The notes: generated by a model not told the origin, from the sequence alone. A stretch of 64,000 nucleotides of DNA from Planctomycetota bacterium (GCA_039186605.1 JBCCZZ010000001.1:155252-219251); one strand, 5' to 3'. Positions 1 through 9,303 are shown, numbered from the stretch's first letter. Numbers and translations are program-made.

Positions 1-496
1 CGCTCGCGAAGACCACAAGACCGGCGCCCCGGTAGATGTACATCTGCTTGATACCCACCGGGTCGCGACCCAGCAGCACCCGACGGCCTGCGCGGTCGAG
101 CACACACACCGTGTACATGCCCTCCAGGTGATCGAACAGTGCCCCACCGTGGCGAGTAAACAGATGGGGCAACACCTCGGCATCGCTGCCGGTCTCTAGG
201 CACGCCCCGTCGTGCGCCAGCCCAGCGCGGAGCCGCCTGTGGTTGAAGATCTCGCCGTTCAGAAAGCAGCTCGCGCGGCCCTCCTCGGGACCCGCTGTCT
301 CGAAGGGCTGTGTGCCGTTCGCGACGTCGAGGATGCTCAGGCGGACAAAACCCACCTCGGCGAACGGCGCGGATGCCCGGCCCCGAGAATCGGGCCCGCG
401 GTGGGCCATCGCGTCGAGCATCCGACCCACCCTTACGGCTGGTGGAGGTCCCTGGGGCGGGTCGCCTTCCCAATAGATGCCGCCGATCCCGCACAC
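1..496 (-). CDS. Asparagine synthase (glutamine-hydrolysing)-like amidotransferase, N-terminal part (runs off window start); possibly an exosortase-system-associated amidotransferase
   Basis: Reverse-strand translation from GTG at 496 gives M(V)CGIGGIYWEG...RMLDAMAHRGPD...GEIFNH, the class-II glutamine amidotransferase N-terminus (Cys2 nucleophile) typical of AsnB-family enzymes. Not in the ORF track because it is truncated and uses GTG. Confidence 0.75.
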   Translation of the reverse strand, partial: MCGIGGIYWEGDPPQGPPPAVRVGRMLDAMAHRGPDSRGRASAPFAEVGFVRLSILDVANGTQPFETAGPEEGRASCFLNGEIFNHRRLRAGLAHDGACLETGSDAEVLPHLFTRHGGALFDHLEGMYTVCVLDRAGRRVLLGRDPVGIKQMYIYRGAGLVVFAS

Positions 497-602
497 GCGT
501 CGATCATCCCTCCCTGGCCCCAACGTTGGGGCACAATCATGCCCTCAGCGAGCCGATGGCGTCTATCGGTCGTAGAACCCCACTCCCACGCGGGAATCCT
601 CG

Positions 603-1094
603 TTGCCAAAGCCCCGAACTACGCCCAGAACCAAGCGAGTACTGGCGGTCTCCAGCGGGGGCGGGCACTGGGTGCAGCTTCTCCGCCTCCGCCCCGCGTT
701 CCAGGACTGCGACGTGACCTATGTGACGGTCCGTCCGGGTTACGCCCAGGACGTCCCTGGGGATCGGTTCAAGGTCATTAACGACGCGACCCGCTGGGAC
801 AAGCTTGGGCTCCTCCGGATGGCCCTCAGGCTCGCTTGGATCGTCGCCCGAACCAGGCCCGATGTGATCGTCTCGACCGGGGCGGCGTGCGGGTATTTCG
901 CGTTTCGGATCGGCCGGCTCCTTGGGGCTCGAACCGTCTGGCTCGACTCGATCGCCAACGTCGAAGAACTCAGCATGACCGGGCGTCTGGTGGCCAATCA
1001 CGCCGACCTCTGGCTCACCCAATGGGCCCATCTCGCGGAGAAGCCAGCGGGTGAGACGGGCAAGAACCCCTGTTTTCAGGGATCAGTCCTGTGA
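603..1094 (+). CDS. Alg14-like glycosyltransferase accessory subunit (PssD/Cps14F family)
   Basis: 163 aa with VSSGGGHWVQLLRL motif and Alg14 size. Immediately followed by an Alg13-like gene with a GTGA overlap. Confidence 0.75.
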   Translation: MPKPRTTPRTKRVLAVSSGGGHWVQLLRLRPAFQDCDVTYVTVRPGYAQDVPGDRFKVINDATRWDKLGLLRMALRLAWIVARTRPDVIVSTGAACGYFAFRIGRLLGARTVWLDSIANVEELSMTGRLVANHADLWLTQWAHLAEKPAGETGKNPCFQGSVL

Positions 1095-1585
1095 TCTTTG
1101 TCACCGTCGGAGCCCAGATGCCGTTTGATCGGCTTGTGCAGGCGGTGGATGCCTGGGCCGCGCGGTCGGGGCGGGCAGACGAGGTGTTCGCTCAGATCGG
1201 GATCGATGCCGAGACCCCCACTCACATCGAGTCATCGCCGTTGCTCGATCCGAGCGAGTTCGAGGCACGGGTCGCGGGCTCGGACGTGATCGTTGCCCAT
1301 GCGGGAATGGGCTCCATCTTGACCGCACTCAGGCACGGCAAGCCCATCCTGGTCATGCCCCGGCGCGGTGCGCTGCAGGAAACCAGGAACGACCACCAGG
1401 TCGCAACCGCCGAGCGGCTTGGCGCGATGGCTAAAGTTGCCGTGGCGATGGACGAACGCGGGCTTGCCGATCGTCTCGATCGGATCGATGAGTTGGCAGC
1501 TGCCGACCCGATCGGGCCGCACGCGTCGGAGTCGCTAATCCGCGCGATCCGCGGATTCATCATGGACGATGGGCGGTCGAGTTAG
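1091..1585 (+). CDS. Alg13-like glycosyltransferase catalytic subunit (GT28 C-terminal domain; PssE/Cps14G family)
   Basis: 164 aa with IFVTVGAQMPFDRL...VIVAHAGMGSILTALRHGKPILVMPR, the MurG/GT28 C-terminal signature. GTG start overlaps the Alg14-like stop. Confidence 0.75.
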   Translation: MIFVTVGAQMPFDRLVQAVDAWAARSGRADEVFAQIGIDAETPTHIESSPLLDPSEFEARVAGSDVIVAHAGMGSILTALRHGKPILVMPRRGALQETRNDHQVATAERLGAMAKVAVAMDERGLADRLDRIDELAAADPIGPHASESLIRAIRGFIMDDGRSS

Positions 1586-1616
1586 CGCACACCGCCGCTT
1601 GCACAGGGGCTGATCC

Positions 1617-2963
1617 GTGAGTAATGCGTTCGAGACGCTGAAGTCGAAGCTCGAGTCGGGCGATGCCCTTGCCGCGGTTGTCGGCATGGGCTATGTGGGC
1701 CTCCCGCTGGCGAGCAGCCTGCACCGTGGCGGGCTCCGGGTCCTTGGCCTCGATATCGATCCCGCGAAGATCGAGGCCCTCGAAAAGGGCGAGAACTACC
1801 TCAAGCACCTTGGCGATGAGATGACCAGCGAGCTGGCATCCAGCAATCGCTTCGAGGCCAGCGCCGACTTCTCGCGGCAGGCCGAGGCGGACGTGGTGAT
1901 CGTTTGCCTCCCGACCCCGCTGGGTCGCCACCGCGAACCGGATCTGAGCTACGTCGTTGCCTCGGGCGAGTCGATCGGCAAGTACCTGCGAGCCGGCCAG
2001 CTCATCAGCCTCGAGAGCACGACGTACCCGGGCACGACACGCGGCGAGTTCCTTGAGGCGATCAAGAAAGGCATGGGCGAATCCGGCACGGATCTGGCCT
2101 GCGGCGAGGACTACTTCGTCGCTTACAGCCCCGAGCGTGAGGATCCGGGCCGAAAGGACCATACAACGAGCACGATCCCGAAGCTCGTCGGCGGTCTGGA
2201 CGATCGGGCGACGGACCTCGCCGTTCAGATGTACGCCAAGGGAATCGCGAACGTGCACCGCGTCGAGTCTGCGGAGATTGCCGAGGCCGCGAAGCTGCTG
2301 GAGAACATCTTCCGAGCGGTGAACATCGCGTTGGTGAACGAGATGAAGACCGTGATGGATGGTCTCGGGATCGATGTTTGGAAGGTCATCGACGCGGCCA
2401 GCACGAAGCCATTCGGCTTCATGCGGTTCACGCCGGGCCCGGGCCTGGGCGGCCACTGCATCCCGATCGATCCCTTCTACCTGTCGTGGAAGGCTCGCGA
2501 AGCAGGCGTCACGACACGGTTCATCGAGTTGGCTGGCGAGGTCAACACCGCAATGCCTGCCTACGTGATCAACCGTGCCGCCGACGCGCTGAACGAACGC
2601 GGCAAGGCGGTCAAGGGCTCGAAGGTCTTGGTTATGGGCCTCGCGTACAAGCCGGACGTTGATGATGTCCGCGAGAGCCCGGCCTTCGAGCTGATCGACC
2701 TGCTGCTCGACCGCGGCGCGATGGTGGATTACGCGGACCCGCACGTACCACAGACGCCGAGCATGCGGCATTACGACATCGAGATGCAGGCGGTTGAGCC
2801 GACTGCGGCGGCCCTGGCCTCGTACGACGCGGTGCTCATCGCGACGGACCACAAGGCGTTCGACTACGGGCAGGTCGCCGAGCATGCGAGGCTCGTGATC
2901 GATACCAGGAACGCGATGGCGGAACACGCGGACGCGATGGGCGACCGGCTTGTCAAGGCCTGA
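1617..2963 (+). CDS. Nucleotide-sugar dehydrogenase (UDP-N-acetyl-D-mannosamine/UDP-GlcNAc 6-dehydrogenase family)
   Basis: 448 aa. N-terminal GMGYVGLPLA Rossmann fold, central catalytic region, and C-terminal LAYKPDVDDVRESPA motif typical of the UDP-glucose/GDP-mannose dehydrogenase family. Confidence 0.85.
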   Translation: MSNAFETLKSKLESGDALAAVVGMGYVGLPLASSLHRGGLRVLGLDIDPAKIEALEKGENYLKHLGDEMTSELASSNRFEASADFSRQAEADVVIVCLPTPLGRHREPDLSYVVASGESIGKYLRAGQLISLESTTYPGTTRGEFLEAIKKGMGESGTDLACGEDYFVAYSPEREDPGRKDHTTSTIPKLVGGLDDRATDLAVQMYAKGIANVHRVESAEIAEAAKLLENIFRAVNIALVNEMKTVMDGLGIDVWKVIDAASTKPFGFMRFTPGPGLGGHCIPIDPFYLSWKAREAGVTTRFIELAGEVNTAMPAYVINRAADALNERGKAVKGSKVLVMGLAYKPDVDDVRESPAFELIDLLLDRGAMVDYADPHVPQTPSMRHYDIEMQAVEPTAAALASYDAVLIATDHKAFDYGQVAEHARLVIDTRNAMAEHADAMGDRLVKA

Positions 2964-3007
2964 CTGGCCGCCTGTCCTGCCGAACCGCGGATTGGGGTGA
3001 GCGGAGC

Positions 3008-3907
3008 ATGGGCGCCGGGGGCAACGGGATCGACCGCGTGGTGCTGCTCGCGGGTGGGCTCAAGCCCAGCCCGCTCGCTCGTGCACTGGGCCAGCCAGCG
3101 GTCGATCTGCCGCTGGTGCGGGACTCGACGCTGTTCTCGCTCTGGCTCCGAGCGTTCTCGGGCGCTCGGGAGGTACGCCTCGTCCATCACCGCGACCTTC
3201 CCCCCAAAGCAGAACTGCCTGAGGCCGAAGGCACCAAGATCTCGATCGAGGCGGACCGCGATGACTTCCGGGGTCCAGCGGGGATCGTCCGCGATGTCAC
3301 CGAGGACCTCGCCGACGATGCCCTTGTACTCGTCGTCGAATCCGCAAGGTTCCCGAGCCCCAGCGCCGCGGGCATGGCGGCTGCTCATCACCAGCACCGG
3401 GCCGACGTCACCTTGGGCGTGAACCCCGACCGATCACCCGCGGGGCTGTTTTTGTTCCGGCGTGAACTGATCGCGAGCGTCGCGGAACTTGGCTTTACCG
3501 ACCTCAAGGAACAGTGGCTTGGCAAGCTCATCAAGGACGGCGCTGAGGTCAGACCCCACGATCTCGAGACACCCGGCTGCTTCCTGATCCGGAGCGCGGA
3601 GGCTGCGCTCGACGCGGCCCGTTGGGCTTCGGAGCTATTCCAGTCGGGCGAGCACCCGATAACCGATGAACAGCCCACAGACGCGGGCGTACGAGTGGTG
3701 CAAGAAGGGGCCAAGGTCGATCCAACCGCTCGGGTCATCGACAGCATCGTCATGAACGGGGCGCAGGTGGGCCCAGGTGCGATCGTTGCCCGCAGCATCC
3801 TGTGCCCGGGGGCCGATATCCCCCCCGGAGCCGAGATTGTCGGGCGAATCGTGGGCGGGCCAGCTCAGGACGAGCCCGCGACAGCGGAGGCGGCATGGCG
3901 TTCCTAG
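3008..3907 (+). CDS. Sugar-nucleotidyltransferase-like protein with C-terminal left-handed beta-helix (hexapeptide) repeats
   Basis: VVLLAGGLKPSPLARALG N-terminus is NTP-transferase-like. C-terminus VIDSIVMNGAQVGPGAIVARSILCPGADIPPGAEI is hexapeptide/LbH-like. The ORF end overlaps the exosortase start. Confidence 0.5.
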   Translation: MGAGGNGIDRVVLLAGGLKPSPLARALGQPAVDLPLVRDSTLFSLWLRAFSGAREVRLVHHRDLPPKAELPEAEGTKISIEADRDDFRGPAGIVRDVTEDLADDALVLVVESARFPSPSAAGMAAAHHQHRADVTLGVNPDRSPAGLFLFRRELIASVAELGFTDLKEQWLGKLIKDGAEVRPHDLETPGCFLIRSAEAALDAARWASELFQSGEHPITDEQPTDAGVRVVQEGAKVDPTARVIDSIVMNGAQVGPGAIVARSILCPGADIPPGAEIVGRIVGGPAQDEPATAEAAWRS

Positions 3908-4803
3908 GCGGGACATCCGGGGACGGGCGCGAGCAGGCCCGCCGCTCTTGGCGTTTCGGTGACGGCTTGCTCGCGATGGGCCTGGTCGCACTCGCACTCG
4001 TCGGCACCAGCGAGATCTGGGCTGTCATCTGGCGGATCGGGCGCCACAACGAGGAGCAATCCCACGTGCTGCTCGCCCCGTTCGTTGCGGCCTGGCTCTT
4101 CTGGGTCCGGCGCGAGCGGTTGCGGTTCTGCAAGCCGGGCTTTAGCCCGGTCGGGCCGGTCCTGATCGCGGCAGGCTGGGCGCTCGCGGCCTTTGGATTC
4201 CGGGGTGCGTTCGACCTCTTCTGGCATCTGGGCGGGCTGATCGTCGTGCTCGGGGCACTCGTAACGGTCGTCGGTGTAGAGCCGCTCAGACGATTCGCAC
4301 CGGCGTTCGGCGCGTTGCTGTTCCTCCTCCCCGTACCGGGGCGGATCAGGCAGCAGATCGCGTTGCCGCTCCAGGAGTCGAGCGCCACGGTCACAACGTT
4401 CGTCCTCGATACCTTCGGTGTCCCGATCACCCAAGCGGGCAACCTGATGACCGTCAACGGCGTGGACATCGCGGTCGCCGAGGCATGCAACGGGATGCGC
4501 ATGGTGGCGGCATTGCTCCTCGTCACCTACGCGTTTGTGTTTTCAACACCCATGCGCAACAGCGTTCGAATCGGGCTGGTCCTTATCAGCCCGGTGCTCG
4601 CCCTGCTGGTCAACGTCATCCGCCTTGTGCCGACGGCGCTTTGGCACGGGTACGGCTCGGAGCGAGGGGCCGGCATGTTCCACGACATCGCGGGCTGGGC
4701 GATGCTCGGGATCGCCGCGGTGCTGCTCTGGGGCATCCTGGGCCTGCTCCGTTGGCTCGAGGTACCGATCGCGCCGTACGCCATCGCGGAGGACGAGCGA
4801 TGA
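3895..4803 (+). CDS. Exosortase (EpsH/Xrt family transpeptidase)
   Basis: Polytopic membrane protein with about 8 TM segments and a VAEACNGMRM motif that matches the conserved exosortase/archaeosortase AEACSG-type Cys active-site block. ATG at 3895 follows an SD-like GGAGG and overlaps the upstream stop. Confidence 0.8.
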   Translation: MAFLGGTSGDGREQARRSWRFGDGLLAMGLVALALVGTSEIWAVIWRIGRHNEEQSHVLLAPFVAAWLFWVRRERLRFCKPGFSPVGPVLIAAGWALAAFGFRGAFDLFWHLGGLIVVLGALVTVVGVEPLRRFAPAFGALLFLLPVPGRIRQQIALPLQESSATVTTFVLDTFGVPITQAGNLMTVNGVDIAVAEACNGMRMVAALLLVTYAFVFSTPMRNSVRIGLVLISPVLALLVNVIRLVPTALWHGYGSERGAGMFHDIAGWAMLGIAAVLLWGILGLLRWLEVPIAPYAIAEDER

Positions 4804-5540
4804 AGACCCCTCACCTGATCCGGATGGCATCCCCCGCGGTCGCCGCGGCGCTGCTGATTGCGTTGATCGCTTCAACCGGCGGAATCGCCGGTGCTAGGAC
4901 ACCTGGCAGCGCCGTGTACTTCGAGCGGGTCAAGGACGCGATCGAGGCGGTGCCCTACATCATCGATGGTCGCTGGGTGGGCCAAGACGAGGACCCGCAA
5001 GAGGCCGCGACGACGCTGCTCAAGCCCAACAAGCTGATGCAACGGCGGTACCGCGACCAAGAGACGGGACAGGTCGTCACCCTCCTGATCGTCCACTGCA
5101 AGGACGTCCGCGACATGGTGGGTCACTACCCGCTCAACTGTTACCCGAACGCGGGTTGGGAGCTGACGGGACAGGAGCGCGAATCGAACGCGGTCGGCGC
5201 GCTGAGCGTCTCTAGCACGGCCTATGGGTTCCGGCGCGAACACGAGGGCCTTCGCCACGAGATGCGTGTGCAGAACTTCTTTATTCTCCCGGCGGGGGAT
5301 GAGACCGCTGGACGCGTCGCGGCCGACTATGACGAGCTCGATCGTGCCGGGCGCAGCGCACGCTGGACTGAACTCGGGGCGGCGCAGGTGCAGATCCTGA
5401 CCGATCCGCTCATGGACGCAGAGTTCCGAGATGAAGCGACCCGAGCGTTCATGGCGGCGCTCGAGCCCGTGATCGATCAGATCGCGAGTGGCGTTCAGCC
5501 CGGTGACGCCGAGGCCGAGCGCGAAGGGGGAGGGGCATGA
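4800..5540 (+). CDS. EpsI-like exosortase-associated protein (N-terminal TM anchor, periplasmic domain)
   Basis: ATG at 4800 overlaps the exosortase TGA (ATGA). It has a single N-terminal hydrophobic segment, lies directly downstream of the exosortase as epsI does in XrtA loci, and is about 246 aa. Confidence 0.45.
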   Translation: MKTPHLIRMASPAVAAALLIALIASTGGIAGARTPGSAVYFERVKDAIEAVPYIIDGRWVGQDEDPQEAATTLLKPNKLMQRRYRDQETGQVVTLLIVHCKDVRDMVGHYPLNCYPNAGWELTGQERESNAVGALSVSSTAYGFRREHEGLRHEMRVQNFFILPAGDETAGRVAADYDELDRAGRSARWTELGAAQVQILTDPLMDAEFRDEATRAFMAALEPVIDQIASGVQPGDAEAEREGGGA

Positions 5541-7852
5541 GCGACTACGGGTCGATTTATGACCGCGATGTGACACCCGAGCCGGTCTCGGCGGGCTCGC
5601 CGAACGGCGCCCCACCGGTTGGGGCGATCGGTGGTTCGACGCAGGGCCCCGCAGCCCAAACCTCGGAGCCCCCGGAGGTGCAGCCTCTCGCGCTGTTCCA
5701 TCGGATCATGCGCAAGTACTACATCTGGGCGATCGTGCTCGGGCTTGTGCTCGGGCTCCCTGCCGCGTACGCGGGCTACAAGTTCATACCGAAGGAGTAC
5801 ACCAGCACCGGACAGCTGGTGATCGAGACCGAGCCAGAGCGGATGCTCTTCGATATCGAGGAGACCCGCGGCCCGCGATCCGTGAGCCTGGTCGCGGCGA
5901 CGCAGGCCGAGCTGCTGGGCCAGCGCCGAGTCATGGAGCGTGCGAGCGCCAAGCTCGAGCGTGAGGGAATCAGCTGGCCGATCGGGAACGACGGGGTCGT
6001 CAGACTGATCTCCTCGATGGATATCTTCGACTCACGGCGTGCGCCGATCGTCTACTGCTCGGCGACCGACCAGAGCGCGGTGATCGCCGAGCGCATGGCC
6101 AACGCGGTACTCGACGCGTACAAAGAGCTGTACATCGACAACGTGTCGAACCGCCAGCGCCGGGACTCGCTCCAGAGCGTGCGGGACAACCAGACACGCG
6201 AAATCCGTGAGATCCAGGAAGAAATCGACCGGCTGAGCCGGGCGTACGGGACGTCAGATCTCGCGCCGCTGGAGGCCGCCGGTGCGCGGCGAATTAGCGA
6301 GTTGAGCGCACGGATCGATGATCTGCTCCTCGCCCGAAACCAAGCAACGGCATCGCTCGCCCGGTCCGGTGAGGATGGTCCTGGAGAACTAGACGAGGAA
6401 CCGGAAGACCCGCCAGAAGCCATGGCGGCAGGTGAGCTCCCTCCCGAGCGAGTGCTTGAGGCGATGGCCACCAATGATGAGCGGCTCAAGGGCCTTCTCG
6501 ACTACTGGCGCGCACTTCAGGATCAGCGGACCCGCATGAGCCTGACGTTTTCACCCGAACACCGACAGATGAAGCGGAACGCCGTGAGCCTTGCGGCGGC
6601 GCGGCAAGACCTCCTCGCTCGCGTCGAGGAACTCGGAATCCCAGAAGATGCGACGGTCACCGCGTCCGATCCGCAGGAGCGGCTCGACCAGATCAACAGG
6701 CTTATCGAGCAGGAAGAGCAGCGCCTCACGACGCTCCAGAACGAGCAGAACGTGATGAGGCTCGCGCGGAACGAGATCGATGAGCGGCTGCGCGTCAAAC
6801 GAGACAAAGAATCAATCCTCGGCGAGGTCACCCGAGAGCTCGAACAGATCGAAGCAGAGCTTGCGGGCAACAACGATTTCGATCGTGTTCAGGTCGAACC
6901 GGCACCGATCCCGCTCACACCGAGCGCGGACAAACGAAACGCGGTCGCGGCGGCTGGTCTCGCCGCGGGCTTCGGGTTCAGCGGTGTGCTTTTCTTCGCG
7001 ATCGGGTTCCTCGGTCTTGGATATGAGCGGATCGGTGATCTCGAGGAGCTCGGCCACCTGACCCCGACGATCGGCGTGATGCCGGACCGCGACGATCCGG
7101 ACGCGGCCGACCAGACGATGGCGTCGCTGAGTGTCCACCACCTCCGCAACCTGCTTCTTGTGCGAAGACAGGGGCAGAAAGTCTGCCGGATCTACGCAGT
7201 AACGAGCCCGGCGCCATCCGACGGCAAAACGAGCCTTGTTGACCACCTCGGAACGAGCTTCGCGAAGGTCGGTCACAAGGCACTCGTCGTGGATGCTGAC
7301 ATGATCGGTCACTCGCTGAGCAGGCAGAGCGGGTTCGGTGAGGAAGACGGGCTCTGGCAGGCGCTCGATAACGCTCCGCTCGAAGACTGCGTCCATGAGA
7401 GCGAGCACGAGGGCCTGTTCGTGATGCCCTCCGGCGCCCTCCGGACGGCGCAGCCCGAACGTATGAGTGGCGAGTCCTTGGTCCGCCTCATCGCGCGCCT
7501 CCGCGAGCAGTACGACACAGTGCTGATCGATACCGGCCCCCTGCTCGGCAGCCTTGATGCGAGTCTCGTGGTTTCGGCATCCGACGAGACACTGCTCGTT
7601 GTGAGCCGAGGCCGGCGCGCCAGAATGGTGAAAGCCGCGATCGCGCGGCTCAAGAGCCTGGGTGTCTCGCGTGCGTCGATTGTGTTCAACCGTGCGCTCT
7701 GGAGTGACCTTGGGAGCAGCGTAAGCGGCGTTTCGATCAGCGGGCCGTCGCTCCGGTCGGTCGCGCCCGATGAGGTCAGACCCGGCTCATCGGGACGGAG
7801 TGTGAAGCGCCGGCTGAGGACCACCTCAGGCGGGGGCGCTCCGAAGCTGTGA
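5537..7852 (+). CDS. Polysaccharide chain-length determinant / BY-type tyrosine autokinase (Wzc/GumC/EpsG-like, fused)
   Basis: 771 aa. N-terminal TM segment plus Wzz-like domain, a long coiled-coil, a second TM, and a C-terminal P-loop domain (VTSPAPSDGKTSLVDHLG, LVVDADM, DTVLIDTGP) typical of the CpsD/Wzc kinase domain. ATGA overlap with the upstream gene. Confidence 0.8.
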   Translation: MSDYGSIYDRDVTPEPVSAGSPNGAPPVGAIGGSTQGPAAQTSEPPEVQPLALFHRIMRKYYIWAIVLGLVLGLPAAYAGYKFIPKEYTSTGQLVIETEPERMLFDIEETRGPRSVSLVAATQAELLGQRRVMERASAKLEREGISWPIGNDGVVRLISSMDIFDSRRAPIVYCSATDQSAVIAERMANAVLDAYKELYIDNVSNRQRRDSLQSVRDNQTREIREIQEEIDRLSRAYGTSDLAPLEAAGARRISELSARIDDLLLARNQATASLARSGEDGPGELDEEPEDPPEAMAAGELPPERVLEAMATNDERLKGLLDYWRALQDQRTRMSLTFSPEHRQMKRNAVSLAAARQDLLARVEELGIPEDATVTASDPQERLDQINRLIEQEEQRLTTLQNEQNVMRLARNEIDERLRVKRDKESILGEVTRELEQIEAELAGNNDFDRVQVEPAPIPLTPSADKRNAVAAAGLAAGFGFSGVLFFAIGFLGLGYERIGDLEELGHLTPTIGVMPDRDDPDAADQTMASLSVHHLRNLLLVRRQGQKVCRIYAVTSPAPSDGKTSLVDHLGTSFAKVGHKALVVDADMIGHSLSRQSGFGEEDGLWQALDNAPLEDCVHESEHEGLFVMPSGALRTAQPERMSGESLVRLIARLREQYDTVLIDTGPLLGSLDASLVVSASDETLLVVSRGRRARMVKAAIARLKSLGVSRASIVFNRALWSDLGSSVSGVSISGPSLRSVAPDEVRPGSSGRSVKRRLRTTSGGGAPKL

Positions 7853-9303
7853 TGACCCAGGGGCGTGCCATGTCCGAACTGGAGGGCGCCATCGCCCGAC
7901 CGGTATCGCCGACATTGCGCGGCGCACCGGGAACGGTCTGGGGGCTCGAGCCCGTCGAGCTGCACGACAGGTACTGGGCTTCGGCGCGTGTCCGCGTCGT
8001 ACGCCCTGGCGGCCCGGCCCCAGAGAAACGCGGGCCGAGCATGTACCTGCTTTGCGGGCCCGAGGACCTTGTGCTCTTCAAGCTCCACCCGATCGTCCGC
8101 CGGTTCGTGTGGGCCCAGGCGAAGATGGTCCGTCTGAGGATCAGCGATCCCGCCGGCGAGCGCTATTCCGAGCGCGTGGTCACAGACGCAGAGGGACGGA
8201 TCTCGGGCATCAAGCGGATCTACGGGGGCACGCTTCGGGGCTCTGTGCGGGTCGTGCTCACACCCAGCTACCGAGTTGCGGAAGCCTGGGCCCGGTCGGA
8301 GGAACCTGTCTCGGCGTTCCGCGCGGCGCGTGTCGAAGCTGGCCGAGACGCGATCCTCGCGCTGACCACGCGCGGCCGGACGCTCAACGCCGGCTCGACA
8401 CATGAGCAAGAGGCGTTCGTGCGCGAGCTCACCCAGGTGTGGCGTGAGGTGGGTGCTGCCCTCGATGGCGTTTATGAATTTGCCCCGCGCGTCTGGCTAC
8501 ACGAGACCGCGGAAATCGCGCAGTCCGCGAGACTGGTCGGTCCGCTTTGGATCGGTGGCGCCGCCTCGATCGGCGCCGATCAGATCCGTGTGGGCCCGGG
8601 CCTGATCCCCGACGCCGCGGGCTCGGAGGTCAAGCCGCCCCCCATCGATTGGCGTGAGCAGCACCCGCCGGGATGGCGGATCGTGCCGAGGCTCAGGCGC
8701 CGACGCGTCAGGCGGGTGAGCAAGCGGGCATTCGATGTCTTGTTCGCGTTGGCCGCTCTCCTGGGGACACTTCCCCTTTATCCCCTCGTGATGTTCCTGA
8801 TCTGGCGCGAAGATGGACGACCGTTCTTCTTCGCCCACACGCGGCAGACCGCCGGGGGGCGGGACTTCCCCTGCTACAAGTTCCGCACGATGCGGCGCGA
8901 CGCCGAGAAGATCAAAGCCGAACTCGCCAAGGCGAACCAGGCCGACGGCCCGCAGTTCTTCATGCGGGACGACCCTCGGCTGCTCCGCTGCGGGAAAGTC
9001 CTGAGGCGGCTCCAGATCGACGAGTTCCCCCAGTTCTTCAACGTGCTCTTGGGCCACATGAGCGTCGTCGGGCCCAGGCCCAGCCCCGACAAAGAAAATC
9101 AGTTCTGCCCAGCTTGGCGCGAGGCCCGCCTGAGCGTGCGGCCGGGGATCACGGGGCTTTGGCAGGTGCGGAGGACGAGAGAGCCGAAGACAGACTTCCA
9201 AGAATGGATCCGCTACGACCTCGAGTACGTCCAGCACGAGAGCTGGGCCCTCGACCTGTGGATCATCTACCAGACGGTGCGGCAGATCGTGCTGCGCGGC
9301 TGA
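7849..9303 (+). CDS. Polyprenyl-phosphate glycosyl-1-phosphate transferase (bacterial sugar transferase family, PglC/WbaP C-terminal-domain type) with ~290-aa non-membrane N-terminal domain
   Basis: The C-terminal 190 aa are KRAFDVLFALAALLGTLPLYPLVMFLIW (re-entrant helix) followed by FRTMRRDAE...IDEFPQFFNVLLGHMSVVGPRP, the Bac_transf signature. The N-terminus lacks TM helices and ends in a hexapeptide-like stretch. ATGA overlap with the Wzc-like stop. Confidence 0.8.
   Translation: MMTQGRAMSELEGAIARPVSPTLRGAPGTVWGLEPVELHDRYWASARVRVVRPGGPAPEKRGPSMYLLCGPEDLVLFKLHPIVRRFVWAQAKMVRLRISDPAGERYSERVVTDAEGRISGIKRIYGGTLRGSVRVVLTPSYRVAEAWARSEEPVSAFRAARVEAGRDAILALTTRGRTLNAGSTHEQEAFVRELTQVWREVGAALDGVYEFAPRVWLHETAEIAQSARLVGPLWIGGAASIGADQIRVGPGLIPDAAGSEVKPPPIDWREQHPPGWRIVPRLRRRRVRRVSKRAFDVLFALAALLGTLPLYPLVMFLIWREDGRPFFFAHTRQTAGGRDFPCYKFRTMRRDAEKIKAELAKANQADGPQFFMRDDPRLLRCGKVLRRLQIDEFPQFFNVLLGHMSVVGPRPSPDKENQFCPAWREARLSVRPGITGLWQVRRTREPKTDFQEWIRYDLEYVQHESWALDLWIIYQTVRQIVLRG

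Noticed and set aside
212-781. 189-aa plus-strand ORF at the window start
   Set aside because: It is antisense to the AsnB-like N-terminus, whose translation has an unmistakable GATase-2 signature, and its own translation is low complexity.
1560-2927. 455-aa minus-strand ORF antisense to the nucleotide-sugar dehydrogenase gene, plus many similar long antisense or out-of-frame ORFs (e.g. 3750-4526, 6052-6489, 6812-7408, 7309-8409, 22346-23038, 25726-26976, 28202-29251, 41006-41635, 56760-57659)
   Set aside because: Their translations are low-complexity Arg/Ala/Pro/Ser-rich. They lie opposite or out of frame to genes with clear conserved motifs. Stop-free shadow ORFs like these are expected at ~68% GC.
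4485-5540. 351-aa ORF giving a long 5' extension of the EpsI-like gene
   Set aside because: The first 105 codons overlap the exosortase in another frame and are Arg/Ala/Gly-rich. The in-frame ATG at 4800 overlapping the exosortase stop is the plausible start.
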